Sequence record: SRR31156797_479
Strand: one strand, 5' to 3'
DNA length: 42,253 nucleotides
In this document: positions 35,001 through 42,253 of the stretch, in pieces
How the letters are laid out: each line of letters starts with the position of its first letter
Numbering within the stretch: position 1 is the first letter of the stretch
Notes under the pieces: generated by a model
Seen by the model: only the letters and a program-made list of their open reading frames with translations
Told to the model about the DNA's origin: nothing
Databases searched by the model: none
Made by a program: the position numbers and the translations under genes

Positions 35001-37297
35001 CAGCAAGCCAGTATCTTTTTGCCAACTTGATTCAGCACTGGAAGCAACACCTTAGCCAAACCCTTGAACCTCTTCGCCAAGCGCATCAGGTAGCCCTCGA
35101 AATTGGGGAAACCGAACAGGCTGCTCTTGCCCTTTATAGTTATAACAATCGCCTTTATCTGCTTGGCAGAAGACTGCACCTTGTATCAACAGAAATGAGC
35201 AACGCCAGGGAGACACTACAGCAGATTGGGCAGGAGATAATGAGTTTTCGCCAATGCATCGCTCTCCAAGCTGTGGAGAACCTTAGATCTCCATCTTCCA
35301 CTGCATCTCTATTTTCAGGAGATTATTACGATGAAGACACCATGGTGGCAAAACATATCGCATCCGGGGATCATACAACGTTATTTCAACTGCATCTTCT
35401 CAAAATGATCCAAGCGTACCTCCTTGGTGATTATACCTTTGCCCTGGAAACCGAAAAGCATACTTTAAAGTATATAAAGAGTGCCCTTTCCTCAGCTTTC
35501 CTGCCGCAACTATATTTTATATCCTCTTTGGCCAGGCTTGCCTTATATAGCAAATCGGGGAATAAAAAAGCTCTTATGAGGCAGGTAAAAGCTAACCAAA
35601 AGAAATTAAAAAAATGGGCCAAACATGCGCCAATGAACTTTCTGCACCTCTACTCGTTGGTCCAGGCTGAACGGGAACGGTGTCGTAAGAATACAAAGAA
35701 AGCAGCGGATCTATACGAAAAGGCAATTAATAATGCCAGAAGCAACAATTTTCTGCAAAACGAGGCCATGGGATGCGAACTGGCCGGCTTGTTTCACCTA
35801 GAGCAAAAGCAAGCTTTTATAGGAAAGTGTTACCTTCGCCATGCCTTTTCGCTCTACTCAAAGTGGGGAGCAAATGCCAAGGCTCAACATATGCTTACAT
35901 TGCACCCGTATATTATCGAAAACAAACAAGAAAATGAAGAGACCTGTTCAAGGGAGTTGATTGCCGGTACACAAAAAGAATTAAATGGTGAGCAACTCAC
36001 ACCGTTGGATATGTTAACCATGGTCAAAGCCTCCCACGCTCTTTCCACAGAGATCCAATTGGAAAACTATCTGTCATCCATGCTTGGCATCATGATTGAA
36101 AATGCAGGTGCGGATAAAGGCTTTCTTTTTTTAAAAGAAGACCAACTCTGGATTGCGAAAACACAAGGCATAATAGCCTCGGGAAAGCTTACATTTAACC
36201 ATTATTCCACCGCTCACCCTGCTGAACTTATCCCCTCCTCTATCATTCATTACGTAGCCAGAACCAGGAAGACAGTTATCCTTGAAAATGCTGCCGTCCA
36301 CAGTACCTATGGTAGAGACAGCTACATCGGTATAAATAAAACTAAATCAGTTTTCTGTTGTCCAATTATCTCTCGTAACGAGATTATTAGCGTTCTTTTT
36401 CTAGAAAACAACCTCATGACGGGGGCATTCTCTCCCAGACGGGTGCAACTGCTTGAGCATCTGGGCTACCAGGCAGCTCTTTCCATGCGCAATTCAATCC
36501 TATACGCAGAGCTGGAAAAAGCGGTCAGTAGTATGGAGCAGGAGATAAAAGATCATCAACGGACCCAACAGCAGCTGCTTCACTCAGAAAAGCTCTCGGC
36601 TATGGGTAAAATATCTGCTTCCATTGCCCATGAAATAGGTAACCCTATCCTGGGTATTAAATTCCTGCTTTCAGATATTCAAAAAAATGAACAACTGGAA
36701 GGCAAACGGGAGCAAATGATAAAAGTAGGGGTTGAAGAATGTCTTCGTTTGCAGGAAATGATTCGTAAACTTCGCCACCTTTATCAACCACCTTCAAGCA
36801 GGACAGAGGTATGTAGTATTGAGAGTCTTGTGGACAACGCCCTTCTCTTCTACAATAAACATCTCGAAAAAAACAACATAGCTTTAAAGACAGACTATAC
36901 CCCTAACCTACCGCCGGTTGAGGGCGTTAAGGATCAGTTGACCCAGGTGATGACCAATCTCATACTCAATGCGGTGGATGCCATGAAGCCCGTCGGCGGG
37001 CTGCTGAGTATCTCAACCGGTCAGTGTGCAAAACACATTTATTTTTCCTTCAGCGACACCGGTAAAGGTATTGCGCAAGACGAACAGGAAAAGATATTTG
37101 ATCCTTTTTTCAGTTCAAAATCATCTGTAGAAGGTGCGGGACTCGGCCTTTCGGTATCTTACGGAATTGTTGCCAGACATAAGGGGACGCTTTCAGTTAA
37201 TTCCACCCTCGGCGAAGGGGCTCTTTTTGTTGTAACTCTGCCGCCAGGAGATGCTGGACATGATAAAAAGAGGGGTGCAGAACAACAAATTCTTTAA
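32009..37297 (+). CDS. Multidomain Ser/Thr-kinase-like / AAA ATPase / GAF / sensor histidine kinase
   Basis: N-terminal kinase fold (SPE, RSDLYSLG, K.PDERYQ); Walker A GASGTGKT; Walker B LFLDDMQW; GNPFF; GAF (LFLENN); H-box AHEIGNP; N/G boxes (NLILNAVDA, DTGKGI, GAGLGL). Confidence 0.92.
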   Translation: MLEVNGVNIHEQLLETDLFSLYRGTQANNNTPLLIKAGPLDSLNGAGHTFGHHEFSIMRLFRSDHVATAYSHHQDQQGKIMLLEDIGAVPLTSLPQGLHSDIPSFLRLALLITKALAVIHARKVIHNAFTPDCIVYNAEHGLLQVVDFSKAQRIHHHQESHGQPTDAHPITLRELPFCSPERIGRGNCTVTPRSDLYSLGIILYQSLTGTSPVKGTNQLELIHAHIAQRPVPPHKLHGNIPQPLSRVIMKLLDKYPDERYQTCTNLRLDLSRCLEELKEKGQISPFEPGSLGHIVQESTPKLFGRDLALNQLYHSYSQLRDKRTLLITVSGASGTGKTTLVQQFKESIVSEPHYFLTGKFDQYHRNTPYTSFIECLRELTRIILLQDQQQLEQWQVKLLAELKANAQVVIDVIPELEYIIGKQPPVPSLDPAETRARFETCLCQFIRACSTVEQPLLLFLDDMQWTDTATLNLLDIFLNDKSIDSLLVICAFRDDELMQGSPLSLFLENLQKSSDKTHNITLKDLSRSHLVEYLTHHLPDVSEQLETIANISMEKTNGNPFFLQQFLHSLFRHNHIWFDPDSNSWQFDQAKVSEGNISDNVANLILGRFHDLDNSSREMLQLLSCMGSSFDLDTIIYICGQEQSYVYRQLGKIVEEGFLLETSDTQRYAVDNHQAAQHTSQENDAQITKFYKFAHDQIQQAIYLKLPIKHRQRLHLKLGTQLQKLLAEQPHDANIYTVVGHKNQGRELIVEKEERSQLGSLNLRAGRKALSTAAYDAASHFFVIGRQLLGSQGWLGKNYHLTLELHLGGAEAYYLNGDYEGMRTLVADVEENAVNRLDVIRGYEIEIQALTANNKLNDAVDKSLHALRLLNIDIPLHPNKITLVLAYLKTRVLLVGKRPDYLLNLPKMTNPNKQAIMRILYRMGTPAYYKGADFLGLIACKTMQLSLKYGNTSHSAAVGYAAFSIMQCGVVGDINNGYASGQVALKLQDKFVPQSILPASQYLFANLIQHWKQHLSQTLEPLRQAHQVALEIGETEQAALALYSYNNRLYLLGRRLHLVSTEMSNARETLQQIGQEIMSFRQCIALQAVENLRSPSSTASLFSGDYYDEDTMVAKHIASGDHTTLFQLHLLKMIQAYLLGDYTFALETEKHTLKYIKSALSSAFLPQLYFISSLARLALYSKSGNKKALMRQVKANQKKLKKWAKHAPMNFLHLYSLVQAERERCRKNTKKAADLYEKAINNARSNNFLQNEAMGCELAGLFHLEQKQAFIGKCYLRHAFSLYSKWGANAKAQHMLTLHPYIIENKQENEETCSRELIAGTQKELNGEQLTPLDMLTMVKASHALSTEIQLENYLSSMLGIMIENAGADKGFLFLKEDQLWIAKTQGIIASGKLTFNHYSTAHPAELIPSSIIHYVARTRKTVILENAAVHSTYGRDSYIGINKTKSVFCCPIISRNEIISVLFLENNLMTGAFSPRRVQLLEHLGYQAALSMRNSILYAELEKAVSSMEQEIKDHQRTQQQLLHSEKLSAMGKISASIAHEIGNPILGIKFLLSDIQKNEQLEGKREQMIKVGVEECLRLQEMIRKLRHLYQPPSSRTEVCSIESLVDNALLFYNKHLEKNNIALKTDYTPNLPPVEGVKDQLTQVMTNLILNAVDAMKPVGGLLSISTGQCAKHIYFSFSDTGKGIAQDEQEKIFDPFFSSKSSVEGAGLGLSVSYGIVARHKGTLSVNSTLGEGALFVVTLPPGDAGHDKKRGAEQQIL

Positions 37298-37808
37298 TGG
37301 ATATCCCGGGCCAACCGAAGTTCATCTAAAGTTTATAGCATTCTAGCGCATATTGCTTAGTAGTTTGCAAATTCATAGCAAATACAAATGTACAGAATTC
37401 TCCTTTTCATTACTGTACGGTTCAAGTTGAACTGCCAAGAGTTGGTTGCTGTAACAACAGCGAATATATGAGGGCTCATTACCGTCCTGGGGGCAACCCG
37501 TTTATAAATTCGCCTCCTCACAATCGAAGCCTTTGCCTCAAGAGCACCTGCTAATCATCTGGCCCATAATCTTATTTCGCGTTTTGCACCTTCAGTACAT
37601 ACTTTTTTGGGGGTAACATATTGGCCAATCAGACGGAGAGCCCTGCTGGCATAGTATAGTTTGATTCAATTGTTGTTTACAACTTACTGAAACGAAGAGG
37701 TCAACATAATGCAGGGTAAAAAAGAAGGTGCAGTATGAAACAGAGATGTATATATAAATGATGTTGTAGAAGATTTTCAAATTACCACATAACCTTGAGA
37801 CGTTGCCC

Positions 37809-39623
37809 ATGAAACTCATACAGCCAATCCTGGTAAGCTCTATTTTTATAGTCCTGGTCTTCATTATCATTGACCCTGCTTTGTCAGCAGCTCCAGAAGG
37901 GGCTGGGTCGGTTGAATTCCCCATGCTTCTTAAAAACTATAACGATACTGATATGGGTAGTATTGGCGGTCAATTGCTGCATCGCATAAAAACAAAACCT
38001 TTTAACATCATTGCCACCCTTATTTTCATTCTGGCCATTATTCATACCTTTTTAACATCAAAATTCTTATCTATTTCCCACCGCCTGCAGGAGCAACATG
38101 AGAAACTGAAAGCACGTGGTGAGGTACCCAAAAAATCTGTCTCACATAAAGCAGAAATCTATCATTTTTTAGGCGAGGTTGAAGCCATATTTGGTATATG
38201 GGCTGTTGCACTGGGCTTAGCTATCGTATTGTTTTTTGATTGGTCAACCCTTAAATACTACTTGACCAACAGGGTCAACTTTACTGAACCATTGTTTGTC
38301 GTCGTTATCATGACATTAGCCGCTACCCGTCCAATCTTAAGACTCTCGGAACTGGTAATGGAAAGGATTGCAGGACTCATGGGCGGATCTCTAGTCGGCT
38401 GGTGGTTTACCATTTTGACCATAGGGCCGCTGCTCGGTTCCTTGATTACCGAACCAGCAGCTATGACCATATCAGCCCTGCTTCTAAGTAGTAAGTTTTA
38501 CGAACTGGATCCTCCAGAGGGATTCAAATATGCTACCTTGGGGCTGCTCTTTGTCAATATCTCCGTTGGCGGCACTCTCACGCACTTTGCTGCACCACCA
38601 GTACTTATGGTAGCTAACCCATGGGACTGGGGTGCAATGCATATGCTCACGCAATTCGGCTGGAAGGCGACATTGGGCATCCTCGTTGCCAACGGTTTTT
38701 ATTATTTTGTATACCGTCGGCCCCTCGGTGAATTGGCTGAAGCATTTGAACTACGCCGTCTCAAAGAAGATATTCGTAAAAAATATCTGTGTCGAAATGA
38801 AATGGAGACATACATAGATACCATCACTCCCAAGGTTAGAAGTGAGCTCCAGTTTGATAAAAAACTTGAGGAACAAGTTACAGAAGTTGCCTCTCGGGTA
38901 AGGAAAGAGCTAGAGCCCCTTTATCTCGAAAAAGTGGCAAAAACCGGTGTTGATCAAGACCTTGCCCACAAGGCATTTGAAAGGCGACTTGAAGAGGTCA
39001 AGTTGTCGAAGTTGCGGGAAAATTTCCCTGGTATTCTCTCCGAGTCACAACGGGCTCCTTACATTGATCCTGAGTGGGATAACAGGGAAGACAAGGTGCC
39101 AGGGTGGGTGACTCTGGTACACGTGCTCTTTATGGGATGGACTATCTTTAATGCCCATTACCCCGAACTCTTTATCCCGGGGCTGCTCTTTTTTCTTGGT
39201 TTTGCCAAAGTAACAGCTCCTTATCAAAACCGAATAGACCTCAAACCACCACTGCTTGTTGGTTTCTTCCTCGGTGGGCTTGTCATACATGGCGGAGTAC
39301 AAGGGTGGTGGATTGAGCCGGTGCTGGGCAGTTTGCCGGAGATTCCGCTCATGATTGGGGCTACAGTTCTCACTGCATTTAACGACAATGCAGCTATCAC
39401 CTTTCTCAGTACTCTGGTACCTAACTTTACAGACAGTTTGAAATACGCTGTGGTTGCAGGGGCCGTTGCAGGCGGGGGGCTGACGGTCATTGCCAATGCT
39501 CCCAACCCAGCCGGGCAGTCTCTTTTAAAACGTCACTTCAAAAATGGTGTTTCCCCCATAGGGCTGCTTAAAGGAGCTCTAGTGCCGACAGTCATCGTTT
39601 GGCTCGCATACTTGCTGCTTTAG
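37809..39623 (+). CDS. Putative Na+/H+ antiporter (DUF1504 family)
   Basis: AIIHTF, HFLGEVE..FG.W, SLITEPAAMT, VNISVGGTLTHFAAPP, DNAA and GGGLTVIANAPNPAG motifs. Start uncertain (37803 or 37809). Confidence 0.85.
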   Translation: MKLIQPILVSSIFIVLVFIIIDPALSAAPEGAGSVEFPMLLKNYNDTDMGSIGGQLLHRIKTKPFNIIATLIFILAIIHTFLTSKFLSISHRLQEQHEKLKARGEVPKKSVSHKAEIYHFLGEVEAIFGIWAVALGLAIVLFFDWSTLKYYLTNRVNFTEPLFVVVIMTLAATRPILRLSELVMERIAGLMGGSLVGWWFTILTIGPLLGSLITEPAAMTISALLLSSKFYELDPPEGFKYATLGLLFVNISVGGTLTHFAAPPVLMVANPWDWGAMHMLTQFGWKATLGILVANGFYYFVYRRPLGELAEAFELRRLKEDIRKKYLCRNEMETYIDTITPKVRSELQFDKKLEEQVTEVASRVRKELEPLYLEKVAKTGVDQDLAHKAFERRLEEVKLSKLRENFPGILSESQRAPYIDPEWDNREDKVPGWVTLVHVLFMGWTIFNAHYPELFIPGLLFFLGFAKVTAPYQNRIDLKPPLLVGFFLGGLVIHGGVQGWWIEPVLGSLPEIPLMIGATVLTAFNDNAAITFLSTLVPNFTDSLKYAVVAGAVAGGGLTVIANAPNPAGQSLLKRHFKNGVSPIGLLKGALVPTVIVWLAYLLL

Positions 39624-39831
39624 GGGCTCAAGGGTCTCGTGAAAGCTGAAGGCAGCAATGGTGAAGGGAAGATGACAAATCATCAAACTGTAGGCGCCTG
39701 TCAAAGGTTTAAGACAAAGTGTGTATGTTCAAACCGAACGTCACCGTATCAAGAGTAAGCGTTAAGCAAATACTTAAAGGACGAACCGTATGGTCTCATA
39801 AAAGGGATATTTTACTTATGCCGCTCCTTGT

Positions 39832-40197
39832 TTAGGGAGTTCTTAAAAAATCAACAGCCTCTTCTTTCTGCTCTGTGGAGAAACATTTCATTTCAATATT
39901 TTTGAACAATCTGTCTTCCAGGTCGATGATTTTGTGCATCCATTTTTTGTCGGTCACAACGGCCACCCTACTGAAGTTTGAAAGGCCCACGTCGGCTAAA
40001 AATTTAAATTTTTCTACGATGGCATCAAACTCCACCCCACCGATACTCTCTATTTCCTGATAGAGAAAAACATTTCCAAAGTTGTCTATCTGTTCTTTAA
40101 TCGCAGTAAGTGCGGTGACCATATCCTCCTCGGTGATCTTGCCTGCTACACGATAGGCAATGGCTTGCTCGACTCCAATATCAATAACATCCAGCAT
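39832..40197 (-). CDS. STAS/SEC14 (SpoIIAA-like) domain protein
   Basis: GKITEED, RVAVVTDKKW and F...Q.EEA..FL patterns; GGAGG RBS before ATG at 40197. Confidence 0.85.
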   Translation of the reverse strand: MLDVIDIGVEQAIAYRVAGKITEEDMVTALTAIKEQIDNFGNVFLYQEIESIGGVEFDAIVEKFKFLADVGLSNFSRVAVVTDKKWMHKIIDLEDRLFKNIEMKCFSTEQKEEAVDFLRTP

Positions 40198-41130
40198 TGT
40201 CTTTACCTCCAGAAAATAAGGGTGGCCCATTTCAATTATAAACCTGATACCTTACTTATTTAGCGACCAATGGCGCATAATGCACTTTTTACAAATAAAC
40301 TACAAAGGCACCAAAAAAGCTTCCACCTTTACAGGAGGGATACCAGTACCTTTATTGAGCACATTAACCGTTCTATGGCTTGTGTCCAGTCTTTCTCTAT
40401 CTGATTCACAATGGGCCTATACCTAAAGATCGGCACGGTCTCTTAAAGCACCAATGTTTACAGGGGCCTCATGCTCAGAACCAAGAAAAAATCGACTTTT
40501 CAGGAAGTGCATTAAGTTTATTTATTCGACTAGTTACCCATGACAATAGGGAAGATTTAAAATAGATCAAATTCGATGCAATCAAAAGGGTTTCTCATTC
40601 GCCTTTATAGACATGAGGAGATTTTTTAAACGCCCTCGCTACTGTAAACACAATCATACTAACTGGAGATTACCTTATCTCTTTGAACCAGTATCGTCTT
40701 TAAAGGCAGAAAATCATGGCCCTGCAATCAACTTTCTCTTCGTGGAAGAGTAGCTGTTCAGATACAGGTGGCCAATGCTGACGGTCATATCTTTACCCTA
40801 TATCAAACAAAACTTGTCCCACCGCTTACCCTAATTCAGGAAGAAAACGTCGAAGCCGATGTTCTTAAGATTAAATTTGGCAGGAAAATGGCTTTTTGGG
40901 GGACTTGCAGCCTCAACCCGCTATGGAGGCAGCGGCCTATAGATTCTTACAGGATAAACAAAAACAATATTTTCAATTTTTTACCGTTAAAGACAATAAT
41001 TGAGGAAGTTACAATTATGGCTTTCTTTGAACATCGGAGGTATGGTGACGGGTATTGAGTGTTTTCCCTTCAGTTAGCAAAAAGGTTCCACTGAAAAATA
41101 TTTGACTAACAAGGATCATTTGTAGACGAA

Positions 41131-41904
41131 ATGGAAGCGATTGCAATTACGTTACAAGTTACTGCTATCAAAGAAGAAAGAGTCGAGTGTCTTCTTTTTA
41201 ATAAGTCAGAAAACAACATATTGAACTTCTTTGTCGCAGATGGTGCCGTCACTTTATTCAAAGAGAATAAACTCGCTTTAAATATACGAAACAACATACA
41301 ACAATTACGAAAAATTATTCGTTCAGCTATCAAAGGCAATATACATGTTGGGCAAACCATTAATTGTGTTTTTATCGAAAAATTTGAGTTCCTCAAAAAT
41401 GACCATTTTTTAAAATTCATTCGGGTTGATAGACGTAATGGTAAATTAGATATCACAACCAGTGATTCTGGCTTTTGTGCAGTTCCAAAAATTTATGCTG
41501 ATGGATCCTTTAATTGTGAAACCAAACATTCCGGGTATGGAGGATTTATAGAGACGCCTGATGGAAAACAAGAATTGTTTTCTCAGTCTTTCATGGGTGG
41601 AAGCAACAATTTGATGGAATTGTTAGCAATAACAGACGGCTTACATCGGTTACTCTCAGAAAAGAGCATCCAGGTTCATACCGATAGCCAATTTGTTATC
41701 CGAGGGTTAGTTCAATGGGTTCATTTTTGGAGACATAATAACTGGCAAACAGCATATGGCCGTGATGTGAAATATACAATTTATTGGCAGCAGGCCTATA
41801 AATTATGCGAAGGTAAGTTAATTGAATTTAAATGGATCAAAGGACACTCAGGTAATTTGGAGCAAGACTTTTGTCATCAGTTGGCAAAAATGTCTGCAAC
41901 CTGA
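41131..41904 (+). CDS. Ribonuclease HI domain protein with ~120-aa N-terminal extension
   Basis: IYADGS, NNLMELLAI, HTDSQFV, W..NNW.T and KWIKGHSG RNase HI motifs in the C-terminal half. Confidence 0.85.
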   Translation: MEAIAITLQVTAIKEERVECLLFNKSENNILNFFVADGAVTLFKENKLALNIRNNIQQLRKIIRSAIKGNIHVGQTINCVFIEKFEFLKNDHFLKFIRVDRRNGKLDITTSDSGFCAVPKIYADGSFNCETKHSGYGGFIETPDGKQELFSQSFMGGSNNLMELLAITDGLHRLLSEKSIQVHTDSQFVIRGLVQWVHFWRHNNWQTAYGRDVKYTIYWQQAYKLCEGKLIEFKWIKGHSGNLEQDFCHQLAKMSAT

Positions 41905-42253
41905 CAATTATGGTGTATTCAATAAAAAACGACATTTTATATGCTTAGTGTGCGATAAAAGATATCGCAAAGTATCATGCCTTAACCACGATCATAAAAA
42001 AACGCACTCAGTTATTCCCTCCTACGGCTGTTCAATAAACGCCTTCTCAAATGCCTTTTTTTGATCACTACTCGGGGAGGACTGTTATATTCTAAATTCC
42101 TTTCTGGTATTGGCCGTATGTTGTGGGATGGATACCATGTGTCAGCTTTTCAACTGAATTCTCTTTTTGGTCTAAAAGATCTTCAAAAAGATTAATAACA
42201 CCTGATTTGCCTAATTTAAATTGCGTTTCGGTTTTTATATCTCTTAAGTCAAT

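Noticed and set aside
37388-37418. AATGTACAG...CTGTAC resembling the candidate LexA half-site
   Set aside because: Single half-site, different spacing, far from a start codon and not near a repair gene.
40380-41058. Short ORFs 40380..40565 and 40768..41058 (also 41822..42064)
   Set aside because: No RBS or family signature. They may be decayed DNA, but I cannot assign a parent gene, IS ends or a transposase.

Overview
This 42 kb window looks like bacterial chromosome from the Desulfobacterota (Desulfobulbaceae/Desulfocapsaceae-like gene content; inferred, not proven). It very likely contains the replication terminus: a near-canonical 28-bp dif site (26344-26371) overlaps the recJ stop codon, and KOPS-like octamers found by eye mostly point towards it. 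Left to right it holds: an unassigned, highly structured ~310-nt minus-strand RNA candidate; a GlsB/YeaQ membrane protein; an SOS mutagenesis cassette of unusual make-up (lexA - DUF72 - catalytically degenerate DinB/ImuB-like protein - dnaE2, no imuA) with a shared AATGTA/TACATT candidate operator; a TAXI-TRAP transporter plus USP, divergent from a four-subunit 2-oxoacid:ferredoxin oxidoreductase operon with an Fe-S flavoprotein; housekeeping genes (rlmN, radical SAM, serC, trmL, lysC, cimA, comEA, miaA, recJ, purB, DUF4911, miaB); a Na+-decarboxylase gamma/beta pair without its alpha subunit; a 1762-aa pseudokinase-AAA-GAF-histidine kinase; a putative Na+/H+ antiporter; a SpoIIAA-like protein; and an AT-rich end with an N-terminally extended RNase HI. 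No tRNA, rRNA, CRISPR array, transposase or integrase was seen. All calls come from motif recognition by eye, without database searches.
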